This document shows, piece after piece, positions 48,499 to 62,887 of a stretch of DNA of 64,000 nucleotides (its first letter is position 1; each line of letters starts with the position of its first letter). Source of the stretch: Balanoglossus misakiensis (Eukaryota; Animalia; Hemichordata); NCBI GenBank assembly GCA_040954595.2, contig CM082578.2, forward strand, positions 17,367,912 to 17,431,911, written 5' to 3'. The notes beneath the pieces are model-generated. The model made no database searches. It was not told where the DNA came from and saw only the letters and a program-made list of their open reading frames with translations. Position numbers and translations under genes: made by a program.

Positions 48499-49829
48499 CG
48501 GGGGAGAGGTCGCTCGTTGTTCTGCTCACTGAACCATAGTCAATCACCAGTTTTCACAACTCAATTCAAGCCCTGTGTGTGGATATAACACGTGGGATAA
48601 TCGCCACTGTTATTTTTGGTCAATCCATCTCCCGGTTGTACAAACAACTTACTAAGAATTTCGCACTGCGTATACGCTATTTGTCATAGATGACTTATGG
48701 AAGACGTTACCCAAGATAATTAGATACTGGCGTAAAAACATTTATAATCTCAATGAAAATGAGCACATTTAGACCTTGTAAAGTGCAATGTGTTAATCAG
48801 AATTTATAAACTGTACGTGCAATGGCGTGTTCAAAAAAGGCCATCTAACGCTAGCTCTGGGGCTAATTTGTACATTTATCGCAAATCCTACATAATAAAC
48901 CAAATAGCTTATTATTTTCTAGCCTTCATAGCTGACTCTAACCGTCGCGATAAGCTTTGTTCGAGGTTGCAGGGTATACTGTGACTGTAGTCCCTTACGG
49001 ACGCCATGGTTTGTTGATCTCGCTTCCCGTTCACTATCACAACGCAGGCTGGAGAAATGCAGGGAATATTAGCAACCACGAAAACCTGACTCATGTGCGA
49101 TTGCCAGTCTACAACCATTAAAAAAAAACAAGTGTTAAAGGTGAAATTAATAATCGATTGTACATATCTACTAGAGTGGCAATTCCAAATGTCACAGGCT
49201 GCAGTTTGCCCGCATTTCTGCTTCATTGAGATTCGCTAATTTCCTGTGTATATTTATGTAGAATCGTGGCTGTGACTTCAATCACAAACGAAACAACCAA
49301 TTTTGCCGCCACATTAATCAAACTGGTTTTCATCAGTCCGCCATATTAACTATTTAGATTTACCCCTTTTGGCACATGATTGAATTGTACGTACAGCTAT
49401 TTTTGTTCCGCCAAATCTCCATCCACTTCACTGGGAACCCATTATCACTAAATTACCGTGGCTGGTTAGACGGAGTCATGTACAGAAAGCGCTGCGTGCA
49501 AGCATTACGGAAACCTCTTTAATTTTTCATCAGACGACCGGGTATCCCAGATCACAGAAGAGCGCGAAATCTCTTGCAGATTTTGGAAATGAAGCTACTC
49601 ATGACCAGTCGGACCACCCACTAATTAAGTCCTCGCACGCATCGCCGTTTTTTTAGGTTTTCAAAATACACGACTTTTTCTTCTTCTAAGAATTGCCTTG
49701 GCTGACAATGCATGGCCGTTAAAACAATAAATGAAATTGTATATCAGTGCGAAAACAAATTCGAACGCAAAGATGCCAGGCTTGAAATATTAAAATGAGT
49801 GTGGAGCCTTTTTGAAAACAAAGAAGAAA

Positions 49830-50067
49830 ACATGGCATCGTGTTTTCATAAATGTCACAAATTTATATTTTCTGCATAGAGTTAACACAGAAGTGGCGGC
49901 CATTTTGAATTTCAAATTTGAGACGATTTCGCTCACCCATTCAAAAATTTGTACGGTGACCCCCAATTTTTATTCTCAATTTTAATAGAAAATAATCTAA
50001 AGTTGCCTTGAGAAAAATGTGAGAAAAAAGCTGAAGACTTTGATTTTCGAGGCGCATGCTACCTTAA
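49830..50067 (-). mobile_element. Possible truncated non-autonomous DNA transposon (MITE-like) fragment
   Basis: Ends in ...TTTTCGAGGCGCATGCTACCTTAA (a TTAA-bounded terminus) and contains GGCGGCCATTTTGAATTTCAAAT and CGGTGACCCC. These resemble a dispersed repeat I recall from marine deuterostome genomes. The partner terminus was not found. Confidence 0.4.
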
Positions 50068-53000
50068 AAGTGACAGATCAAGTTCAAATGAGATGAAAGT
50101 GACCACAATTTACTAAGCTGAGACATACGTCACTTCCTGTATGATACTATGACAACACTGATTTTCACATCCCAAGATGCGTATTGATGGTGACACTTAA
50201 CACAACCCAGACTTATATTCAATGCGTCTGGAGCTCATACACGTAAAAACATTTGTAGATATTGTTTCCATCAATGAAAGACAAACATGGTATCTTCTCA
50301 AGAGCTTGAAAGAATATGGCTACGAATGAGAAAAAATCAACTGCGGTTATCTCAGACTTGGATCTGTTTGACAATTTTCTGCAGCTATTACTATAACACT
50401 TCGCTTCGCCAAGCACCCACGCCCACCAGACAGCAATACTCTTCGTTGCCTGCCCGACTTCCTTCCTTCCCGAACAGACGTACTCGGGTATTAATTGAAA
50501 TCATCCATAAACATATCTCCCCCATTTTCGCGGTTGCATTTTACCGGAATGCCGGCTTAGTTCCATCCTGTTATTCGTCGACGACGCAAAGAGGAAGAGA
50601 AATGATAATTAGACGTCGATGACGGTAACTTTGTGTCCTGATCATTGGCGTTGCGGATGACTGTCTTTCGGGTTATCGTCGTGTCACTTTCCGATATCCA
50701 TAAACCAACCAAGCGTTTTCATAAGTGAAGGCGTCACATAATCAAAGAATGTCGTAAAACAGCGAGCACGCCTCTTTTGCGGCGTCTGGCGTTCAAACGT
50801 GTGTTGCAGCAGCGCAGACTTCAATCACCAAGTTACGCGCTATGCAAATTCCCAAAGAAGATCGAACATTGCCGCACCTATTCTGCAATTATAAAGTCTC
50901 AATTTAGGAATAAAAAAAGCCAAAATCACACAAACACAGGGCATCGAGGTCTTATTCAGATAAACTCTCTCCCACTGGCTGTTCGTGGGAGTATACCTAC
51001 GTCATCAAACGAAACAATCAATCCAAAATCAAATATATTGCAGAGAACTCGAATAATATCTACATACAGATGGGTGAATTAAAGAAAAGAAATAAGACCA
51101 TACCACGGAAAGACTAAAATACAAATTAAAAGCAAACTTGAAAACAAATGACGCTGGAGCAAGCAGTCTACTGCCTTGTCTTCGGTTGTCGTTCGATGCC
51201 AGAGGTCAAACGACCAAGATGTTCTGGTCTTTTCATATGTTATGAAACAAGTGATCACCCAGAGGAAAATTTGCATATAAATGGATTTGTAATGTAGATT
51301 AAAGAAGGTGTTTAAGTGACAAGGCCCAAGACCAGTGACAGGTCGGAAAACGCAGTAAAATTAATCACGGTCACTCCAAATGACCGTGAATTAATCAAAA
51401 TTATACAAAATCACGTGTAGAAATGAAACCGAGTGAGTAAAATGTAAGTGAAAGTACATTTTACATAAAATCAATAACTACAACTGAGCCAAATGATTAC
51501 TATGCGAAACAAAGAAAACATGTGGACATGCAAATTTCCATTCCAATCATGAAATGTGCAATATGTTGAAGGCCGCTGAGACGTTCCATCGCACCAACTA
51601 CCAAACTAATCTTCTCAAATATTCAAGGGACCTCGTAGACTCCAGCAGGATTTACCATCATATCCTAAAGGTTTAAACAGACAACATTTCCCCAATCGAC
51701 AGTCCTATTCTCGTGAACACATCAGTCGATGGAGATGAATTTCCAGAAGAAGAGTTTATTCTTGTGTCACTTGACACTCTTTACAAGTTACGATTAGCAT
51801 TTAACACGTTTTAAAGGACGCTACCAGCACGCGATCGGAAACTTCTGCGGGAGAGAGTGCGTGTTTCCGGTAAGCCGACTCACGTGCACGTCCACGCCTT
51901 GCTTCGAACCACGAACAAACCCAACGACCCTCAACGTTGACGTTTTATGATTGTAAGCTAAGTCTCGAAATAGCGGAGCGTTTCAAAATCAGCGTACCAG
52001 TGACTCTTCTTATTGTGCATCATTCAGTTCAACACACGATAAATGAAATCTCTTCGTCATTGTGTAAAATCACGCAAACGTTTGGTGCAACTTTTTCACG
52101 ACTTCCCAGCTATGATGAGTCGCGAAGATATTGTTCCAGTAGCTAATTAAGGAGAGAATTTGGAGTGCGAGTTCGAAATACTAAAGCTTGTGAGTCGAGA
52201 ACTTCAAGCAGAGACTGCCCGGTGGACAATGTTGCACGTGACAGGGCAATATCTCCCTTGTCATGCTACAAGCTTATCATCTTTTCTCAAATATCACTTT
52301 GAGTTTGTCTCAGTCAACCGCGAGAAAGGAATAATGCAGAAGACGTTGCTTATTATCAATACATCTTAAGCACCTTAAACAAGTACATCGGCTTCACGTT
52401 TCAAGTTGCCGATATCAAGTTGTTGATATCGATGAAACAATCAGTCAGTGACGATCTCTCTGAACTCGAAGAGAAGCGAAATAAAAAAGTATTATAAACA
52501 CGATAACAGTGATCGAATTTGGGGGGGGGGGGGGGCAAGTGAAAACCACATCAGTAGAAATGGTTTTTCTGTGATATAATTTTGTTCATTTTTCCTGACC
52601 ACGGTCACAATACGGCATATTATGCGCAAAGAAATGATAAACAACCATGGTGAATCTGATAGGTTGCCTAAAGTTGATTGTTATGCGTGTCTCTATCACT
52701 ATCAACACGTTCGTAGTTATACATCCAGACTGAAGCTGTGGCAATTGGTGACGTCACGATAAAAATCAAGCCCGTCTGTGTTTTATTCGCCATATTTAAT
52801 TATGACCGACAGAAATGAAGTTGCACATGAAACCTTGTTAATTCGCCTTAGTTGATTGACTTTTGGGGGGCAATACGCCATATAATTTACACTTTTACGT
52901 CTTTGAAGAAATTGCCGAGATAATTCGCTGTAGGAGTGGGCAAATCCGCTCAGCACAGAAGTCGGTAATCGGCGGCCAGCCCTCTAAATAGTATTTTCCA

Positions 53001-55399
53001 AGTAAATTCCAATTCTATTTCCCCGAGGCTTAGCAGTAATAACTTCGGTCAAGGGGTATTGTTTGGTTTGATCGAGCTCGTACTGATAAGAAACGATACG
53101 GCCAAGCAAGTCACGCGTAAATAGGGCTATTCGGAATGCATCAGGAAGCCCTTGCTATACTTTACGCACATCATTATTTTTTCCATTACCCATCTTGAGT
53201 ATCATTACATCACAGACCTATAAATGGCGCTTTAAGATGAAGAAAAATTTGGTTTTTGTATTGTTTTGTGGTTATTACAGCATATCGACTATATTCCAGG
53301 CTGGCTTTTTGTAATATCGTATTGTAGAAGAGCGAACAATGTAAAACATTGACTTTTTTACCTTTGGCCCGGTTTTGTAATATTTCATTTCCGAAAAGCG
53401 AAGCCCTGGAGCTTGTGGGCAGGACTCTATAGAATAGTAATTTGTGTCTATCTCAAATATTGAGAGATAGAAAGAGTGCTGTGTGTCGTTATCTAATGCA
53501 GTGTACGAAGGACAATCCAGATGAACATTTCAATGTCCAATGTTTCCTTGATGAGATGAGAATAATATCGATATGATTTTCATCCCATTTTAGTAGATAT
53601 TTGCTATCCTCTGGAAGGATTCTTCGTATTGTTAAATTGCCCTTTTATTGCCTGCCGAAGGTTTGCAGATTTGCCAAAGCAGGCCATGTACCTTCGTACG
53701 TTCTTCTTTCCTGTATTGTCATTTTCTCCCTTTTATTTCATCATTTTCTCTTATCGCGAATCTGCGCTTCCCGCAGGAAATCCGAAAGTCCGGTGCGTTA
53801 TCGAATGTTCAAATAATATGAATCATCGTTCTCGGTAAAATAGAAATTCGCCGGAAGTTAAGTGGATCGTGCTGCACCGTTGTATGTATAAAAGTCATCC
53901 ATCTTTCGACGGCAGAGGATTTTTGCTTTAAACATCACGCTTCGTCCTTGCAAAATGGACAAGCTTGAGACATAATTTGCGCATTTCAATGTTACTCAAA
54001 GAGAATTATTCTTTTTCTCCGGGCTGTACGAAACGCTCACTTGACATGCTTAATAATATCTTCATTACACGTTAAAGACGAAATACGTATTTGATAGAGA
54101 TGTCTTTTGGGGGGAAATGCAAATAATTAATGATGGAAAAACCCCACGAAAACTGGAAAACGATGGGATTTGCTCCCGGCATTATAGAGTTTCACTGAAA
54201 TGACGTATTGGAAGTAATCTGGGCGCCACCAATACTTGCAGCGTTATATGATGTTTTAATTTACGTAGATGTAATTAAGCTTCATATTCAGTGTTTGTCT
54301 TTCAAGCAGCCGTGTTTCTATTTAGTTAAATCTAAGTTATTTATTTCAAAAGTCTGTCGTGATTAGAAGCCTCGGCGTTGATTAAGTGACCACTAAATGG
54401 CACGTGACGTAGAGTTTATGGTCGTGACAATGCGCGGTTTTGGAGGGCTTCAATTCTAGAGAATCATCAATGTATGCTAATTGCGGAAGGGGCTTGTGTT
54501 GATTTTTAATTTAGAAATCTCTGAGAATGTATGAAGTGCAGGCAAGCCATCGTTCAAAATGAAAAATACAGGGTATTTGAACAAACGCATTGTCCTAGTT
54601 GTCGTAAATGAACGACAGTCAAAAGACAACGGCTATACAATCATGAATATTTAGAGTAAATTGTGATGGATAAGCTACACGCGGCAACTTTACATTCCGT
54701 CAAATAGATTGCCCGATTTGTGGAAACGACATATGTTCTTTTCGCATGATTCCCTCTCATAAAAAGCCACTTTCTTACACGCGGACAACGCAACGGGCCA
54801 GAAAATCAGAATCGACAGAGATGAGCGGAGAAGGTCGCAATTACCCCCTATCTGTTTCTCAATAACCGAGGCAATGTTTTCACTTCTTTAATTTGTGTCC
54901 ATAAAATCGACTGGAATGTGCAACTTGGCCGTCGATGAGCCGGAATGAAACATCAGACGGATTAAGCACAGTCGTATCGTCAGAAGACTGGTGTTGCACT
55001 AAGCTATTGGCTTTAGCCTGTGCAGTTTGCGCGAGTATACGAACACCTCATTACTCACATGGCCGACTTGATAACTTCACATGATGTTGTTTAAATGTTA
55101 ATTGTCGAAGTTGTCATTACATCGCATTAGATTACTTGAAGTCTCTAGCGAGTTGATCCAACTATACTCATTTCCTATTGGCTTTCAGGCTGTTTAATTA
55201 TTCCATTACTGTTTCTATTTCAAACTCACAGCCATCGCATTCACGACTTTCTGCCATCGCTCTCGAGGCCGTGATTGAAAGAAACAGGGGGAGCGACAGT
55301 GCCGGCGCCTCTGGCCCCATAAGATACGCGGCCCGAGCAGCACCAACCATGTGACCAGATGCGTTGGATAGGGGTGGCGCCCCCAAGGAGAAACTTGCA

Positions 55400-55512
55400 T
55401 ATATACGAAGATGACGTTGGGAGGCTTGTAGGTACCGAGGATCGTGGTAGTGAGTGTCGGATAGTTGATGTGGACTTGTTGTGTCCAGAAGTAGTTTTCA
55501 CTGACGGTAAGT
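55400..55512 (+). promoter_or_regulatory. Candidate promoter and non-coding first exon of the downstream secreted-protein gene
   Basis: GC-rich block 55260-55390, TATATA at 55400-55405, TGACG half-CRE, strong donor ACG|GTAAGT at 55506/55507. An alternative donor GCG|GTAAGT lies at 58422/58423. Confidence 0.35.
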
Positions 55513-58500
55513 AACAGCGATATATCGTGATCCTTTTAAATACATGTGTACATCTGCGGAGATGCATTTATCGATCAAACGATTTAATTGATACGCTCGC
55601 TTGTGTTCTTATAGTAACACAGACGCCGAGAGGAAATGAACTCTTAGGGTATGACATGTTAGACAGCTTCTAGTGTCTGATTTCTCATTGTCACATTGTT
55701 TGTTCTCTGTTAAATGCAATCGTGCCTTCGGCGAAAACCCGAAACCGAGACAGATAAAGTGGGTAGTAGGAATTTCTCAGTACCTAGCATAATGTAGTGG
55801 GAGTTCGAATACTATTTCGGGAGACTAGAGGTAAACATTTGTGTGACTGGCCATCAGAAGCAGATGATACAGTGAAAATATTTTTGTGTCTAAAAGTTGC
55901 AGTCTATGAAATGAACAACACTATCAAACTTTCAAACCCACGAACTGCCTACAATACCTTCGGAATGTTGACCACATTGAAATTAAACCTGAAAATGACT
56001 GATTTTGTAGTGATGTCAGCAGTGACGAAAATAATTGTATCATTAAATAGGCGATGCGACTCCCGATCAGTGGCGAGTCGACTTTCACAGATCTGCCTTC
56101 TACAGGTACCAACAATTGTTCGCACAGACGCATCCATTCCTGTATAAAGCGAACGAACGCTGGCTTCAACATATACCCTTTAACATACTGTGTTACGGCT
56201 GGGGGAGCATATCTTAGTAATTTCTGAAAGACGTTACGGGTCTTAGAGAAGGAATAGCCTTCTTCACGTAAGCGAAGTCAGGCATTTTTCCCCCGACGAC
56301 ATCCACTGAACCGAAAAGGAGTAAAATATAGTTCAATTTACCGTAAATCTGGAATGCAACTTTGGAATCGATATGAGTTGACAACTTGACAAATGAAAAG
56401 GAAAGAATTTATCGAGCATAGTGAAATGTGTGGCGCGTGATCGGTTTGGGGTTTCAGAAATTCAAGCGTTTCAATGTGTTTAGGCGTCTCCTCTGAGACA
56501 AGGAAACAAAAGATAAAAACAGTCACAACCGAAAGCGGAAGCCAAAAATCGACTCGACAAACACAGGAATCTGAAAGCAGATATAAAAGTTACATTTCTG
56601 ACGTCCATGGTAAGCATTTAATTTCACATTAAAAGTGTTTTCTTGAATGTATATTAGTAAGTTATATGACTTCTATGAAAATCTTATGTTTATATAAACC
56701 TATAAAAAGCTGCCCCTCTGGACTGTGACGTTCTTAAAGAAATTAAGTTAACAATCGCACACAGTCTTTTAACTACTAAACTTCAGTCAGTCAAACGCTA
56801 ACGCGCTTGGTTCGTGTTATTTTAATATTACTCGCAGGCCGAAAAAATGTCATCTACATTAAGGTGTGGTTTGTCAAAGTTGTAGTGACAAAGTGAGATT
56901 GATATTTGACGAGGCTAAGACAGGCAAACGGAAATTAAGGGTTTTCGGCAATATTCAAGACGCTGCACCCAATGTCGCCCGATTTTCTCAAGGGACCGCA
57001 TTTGACTCCACCTTATCGTATTTCTTTCTAATTTTCTTGAGATTTTAAAGAATTAAATCGCACTGACTTCGCAAAGAAACATACTAATCTATGGATGGTG
57101 TAAACGCAGCATTTTACCGTTGATTAGCGATCGAGATAATATTTTTTCCTGATTTGACAACGAACACTTGCATGTATTCAGATCGGCACGCCTTCGCAGC
57201 CCCAGCAGTTTTTTGTCGAGATTTATTCTCGCATTGCAAGTTTGATGTTTAATATAAAATTGGGAAAGTGGCAATATATCCTCTTCCGTTGTTATTATTA
57301 AGTGTGTCCAAATAAATTTTGCGAGTTTTATTAATCTGTTGGTAAATGTATAATGTGTTGTGTCGATGCTGGTTTAATAATCGAGTCGGCTAAGTAGCCC
57401 GATAAGGAGTGAATGCTGGTCTCCCTGGAGGGTCCCATGACATGCCGATTTATAGGTTTCGTAAATGTCATCCTTGGTCTGTGATGGATCACAATAAAAC
57501 GTTTTGCCTGAAAGCATGACTGCCTTGTCATGATGGAAAGTAATGGCGCACATTCATAAAACTGGTCAAAAAAGTCGTGCAGGGCAGCGATATATACCGA
57601 CATAAGTTTTCTTTCAAGTAAAACCGAGATTGAACAGTCGAAAGTGGGATTATATTAGGAGAATCTTAAAATTGATTATGCTATAATTTTCACGACTTAA
57701 AACAGACATCGTGAGCCAGCCCATTAGCCGTGATGAGTTGTCGTGTTTTTTTTTCGTGCACTGTCAAAACATATTTACGTTCTAAAAACACGTTAATAGT
57801 TAAATATTGTCCCTGGAAAGACTGGCATTCATTAAAACGGCAGATTCCTGTTAAGGAGCTAGAGGGATCCCCACGGGGTAGCAGAACGGATGACGTCGGA
57901 AATAAATTTTCGGCGTTCTGAAAGTAGAGTCCCCCAGACGGGATTCGCGTGACACACAGCGCTTGTCTGATTAATGAGCATCATTTTTATCAACATGAAG
58001 CAATGCGTTTGCAAGTTTTCTGGGGTGAAACACGCCGATGGACACCGCGCACCGCCCACGGAGGATCTTCTACTGGCATTTATCACAGCTATCGCGTTAG
58101 GTGAGGCAATTATTCCCATTTCTTCGCGCAAATAACACACGAGTGGATCAGAGAGATTCGAGCAGGATGCGGAGAAAGGGATGTAATTCCAGTATTAATT
58201 TCCTGGCTTATGGAGTTTATCCGTGGATCAAACCGGGATGCGCATTCCTTTTGACTATTATCTTCCATTACTGAGCCCCTCTTTTTCCCTAGAAATTGCG
58301 CTTTATTCCACCGGGTTTCATCCTGTCTCGCATTAGACGAGCATCGCCCTACCCCAGAGACTACACTCCCTCACCCGGGTCTCGCCGTTTTAATCTCTTC
58401 GAATTAAACGTGTTAAAAGGCGGTAAGTGTCAGTTTAGTATATAGACGTACAGGAACGAGATTGGATGAAATTTTATAGTTGCCTCGAACAAAACCGAGG

Positions 58501-61500
58501 GCAGATTGGTAAGATGTGCGTATATCAATTGCATCGAGAACGAAAAGTTTTATATGTCTTCCCTTTTAGCGCGACAAATTAAACACGAGAGCCATATATG
58601 GTCATGTATACTCAGTTGCCATGGGGGATGAAAGTACCATAAGATGATGCGGAGACAATGTCGCTCCTCTAAGGAAACAGAATAACTTTTAAAGTAGAAT
58701 TTTTAAAAAATCTGTCTCGTTATCAATGACTTGTCGCACAAAATGTTATCATCGAAAATCTAACCCCACAAGCTCTTAATCGCCAGTGTTTGACACACAA
58801 TAAATATCGCAGAATCGTAAAAAATTTTATGTCCGTGTTATGGATGTTTTTGGCTTCTCAGACATCTTGATCGCTCAAGAAGTGTCGCTTTGATGATAAA
58901 TTCAGTAAAATGAAATGAAGCCCTAACCCCACCCTCGAACTACAATGTATGTAGTTTGTAAATGGTCTGAGTGTTTTTAAGCAGCACTCGTTGATGAAGG
59001 CAACGGTTTTAGTATTAATTTCAATTGCCAGAGTTTTCGTTATTGTGCGTTGTGCTTTTTAGATCATTAATTCTTTGGTCAGTGGTTGAAAGGATATTGA
59101 TAACGGCAAATCGATGATCATACGCAGCTTTCGTCCCTCTTAAGTGTCAAGTATTCCACTAGGAAACAGAGTCATTATCGACGGTAACGAGTTTGCAGAA
59201 CACTGACTAAATGTTCAAAGGCGTCAACACAGCACGACAACTTGAACAGAAAGGTGTTTCCGTCAATGTAGCGTACGGCAATCAAGTCAATCTTTTGGCA
59301 ATCCAGTGGCCATGAGATGTGACATTTCCCCCATTTTTGAGGAGGGGAGGGGGAGGGGCTTTCCACGAAGCTTACATTTCCAGAATTCTAGTATGATGTC
59401 TTCCCAAGACTTGATTAGGTGAAAGTTAAAAAAGTGTTATCTAATTATAGAAATGAAGTCAACGTTTCTGTAACCCTCGCTAACAACACCATTAAACAAA
59501 GTAAGGTCTGTTCCGTCGACTCGTAGACTGGATAGACGAGTTTAGACGCCGAAAGGTATTTTTCTGCAAACAATAATCTCTCAGAGTCCACTTTGTTCCA
59601 ATTTCACGATAAGCTCCCTTGTCATTTCGCTCACTTTTGTCATCATGACAACAGCATTTGAAATGTAAACAATAGCGTTCCTTTCATAAACTTCCCGATA
59701 CTGAAAGCCTGACAGCAAACGAAGGAAATACATACCAGTAAGCCTGCAGATACGTTTTTATATAAAAGGACACTACTTTCCTTTCGTTGTATATTGTGAC
59801 GTCTTAAGAAGAAATACTACGACAAACAATATTTACAGTTTGACCTGACAGAGCTGTGTAAGGAACAGAACAATTATTGCCAACTCAGAAAACTAATAAT
59901 TGAAATACATGTTGTCAGAATTGTGTCTAAGATCACAAACACAAAACTGAGGTATATAACATAATTTCTGAAGCACCTCACAGCAGCGATTTTAAGCAAA
60001 CACGGACACGCCGTTATACCAGACAGGAACTCTGATGTTCTCATTAATGACAAATATTTACCAAAGGAAGATTCGTTTTGCGGTGCAGAAAAACTGCATG
60101 CATGGACAATTTAAGACAATCCGGGAGAGATATTGGATAGGATCTCCCATTGAAGCCCCCGTGTTCACACAGGGAGCTGATGTTGCGTCTGTCCTTGTGC
60201 GTGTGTTTGTGCGTGTCTGTATGCCTGTGCCATCGATGTTTCATGAACGGCTTTCCATAATGGGAAAACGTTACATGTGGTGGGCGTGGCTTGCATATAG
60301 TAATGACGTATCAAAGACCATTTTTCTCCGATAATGGTCGTCTGTGAAGAGCATCGTGATGCGTGACAGTTTTGGTACATGCAAGGACTTACTGTACCAA
60401 ATCTGATGAAACTTAACTGCATTTATCAATCTTACAAGGTTATGATGATACTATGCTTGTCATGACACTTTAATGTAGGCCTATACAGTGCAAATTTAGC
60501 CACCGTTAGCGCTATAAATCCAGAATTTACTGAACGAAACATATCTGAGGCATATGTTAGAACGTTAAATATCAATCGATTGGTAGAGGGACCTTCTGTT
60601 GTTCAAATATATGTATGAATTTTTAATGATACAAATATAACATATATAATGTCTGCACGCATGCTACTGATTATATATTTATGATATTTGTGGTAAAGCT
60701 GGCGATGACCTTTCCTTTTTCTAATATTCATAGTTTGTCTTTCTCGACCTTGTTGTCATAAAAAGCCCGGCCTCGGGAGGATGCGTTACTTGTAGAAACA
60801 ATCTCCAAACGATCAAAACAGCTCTAACCCCCAAAGGAGGATTAGCGCCAAATAAAAGTCATAGCACCGAGCGTATGACGTATGATGGGCGAGTGCAAAG
60901 GTGTCGATCACAGCGAACAGCTTGTTGCGCAAGTGTGGGAAAAATATTATCAGAGGCTGGATGGGGCACGGTTAATTGAAGCAATAGAAATGTATGGTTA
61001 ATCAAGATAACATTCATCCTCAAATCACTACCTGGTCAATTTTCTATAATGAACTACAGCAATTCTGGAATTAGACGGTCATCTTTCCGTCAAACCTTCC
61101 TGATTTGGCTTCACAAAACAGAATTAAGCTCCTCGTGTGGGAGAAAGTTTATTATATTTTTATACGCAGCTTACAAGACCGTGAAACATCGCGTTATTAA
61201 ATGGCCATCCAAATTAGTCATTTTTTGCAGCTCTGGTCGTGTGGGGGTATTTTGATTCGTTCACGCCTTTTCGGAGAAAGTCGTCCTGAGTAGAACAGGA
61301 CGATTTTAGCGATTGAAGGAACTGAACTTGAATAAATTGATTAAATATAATATACCGTTGATTAATGCAATTTGCAGCCACTCAACTGGAAACTTGAAAG
61401 CAATGGCGGCTTGGTCAAGAATGACCAAAGCGCAAAAAGGCGCCAGAGAATCCACACTTTTTTGAAACCATCTAACAGCTTCTACAAGAACGACCGACGA

Positions 61501-62887
61501 ACAAGCACTGTATCATTTAATACAAATCAGCAGGAGTAATTTTTGGATTTTTCAGTTTTTGGGAACAAATGCTGATTGATCTGTACTTTGTATCTGATGT
61601 GTATGTCGGATTCGAGAACAAAATCGCGCAGATGCTGATGACAAAATGCTATTTTAACGAATGGTTGCTTTCACATTCAGTCACAGTGCAAAGTTGGCAT
61701 TACGGTAATCACATCAATGCTTAAGTCCTCCTATTCCTATCAACCACACACTTCGATGAGAAAATTCACTCAACTGCGTCCAATTTCATGTTTCATTCTT
61801 GATCACATTTGCTTAATGTATACCCATTCTGACGTCAAAAGCCGACAACAGTCACGATGGAACTTATGTCGTCACTATCACGGCCCAAGAAGGCGTTATT
61901 CTGTTAATTGTAAATTTAAATCCACGTGTCTTTCACTTTCGTCCTATTATACACGTGGTGAAATTATCCTTGCTTGTTTCGTTTATGCAAACAGTTAAAT
62001 TAAAGCCTCCAGGAAAATAAAGAGCGTTTAAATTAAAGGAATAGTCTCCGACAAGTCTGCCTTGAACACGATGTTCGATCATTAATCCACGTCAGTCACC
62101 AGCATTTCTGCTGTGTACTGTCAACTCTTAATTGTCTCGTCCGCTGATATTTTTGCTCAACATAAGCACGGTATATGGCTCGGAAGCGCAACGCAGCATG
62201 ACATAGTTTCATAAAACGTATCGGATTAATCGTGACGTGAAGATCGGGCGACTAATTTGTCATGATGCAAAGATTACCTAATGACAGTGAATGTTGGAAG
62301 TCGTATGATCCCACATTGGCTCCCCAAATAAGCCATACAGAAGAAAACCTGGTCGCCACAATCTAGTCCAACCTTCTCCTGTTATTTATCATCTTTGAAT
62401 GGCTTGCTCTGCAAGTAAAAATCAAATTATTCATCCTCCCTCTCCTTCACAGCAAAAGCAACAGATTTACTTCAAAGTCTTAAAAAGTACTCAAAACACA
62501 ACCAGCCAATTGAGTATGAAGTCCGTCTGATCTGCATCTACGTTGCCATGGTGATGCCCACTTTGAATTTACGTCCGAGCTTAATATGGAGCCTGTCGGT
62601 GATTTTGGATTTAAAAATGCACAAATTCATGAGCGTTTCCTAAGGGGGCAGTTTCGTTTCTCACGTGCGCGTTTTTATTACCCACGGCCCTAATGACCCC
62701 CCCCCCTCCTAGACGGGACCGTCAGAGATTTGGCGCGGCCTCCCGACTCCAGCCCCAGTCTGATGCCACCCCTCCCCCCCCCCCACACACAATCAAACAC
62801 AAGTACCTAACAATGTCATCTTTGGTTATTTTGTCTTTTCTCTTTTACAGTTGAAGAATTCTAGCAAGCGAAGTTTTACAGAACACA

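Noticed and set aside
55285-55385. REST/NRSE-like half sites (GACAGTGCC, CAGCACC)
   Set aside because: The halves are in the wrong order and spacing for a canonical RE1; too weak to call.
45200-62800. Numerous 60-116 aa ORFs in the intergenic region
   Set aside because: No recognisable domains, no consistent exon chain, and no reverse transcriptase or transposase motifs.
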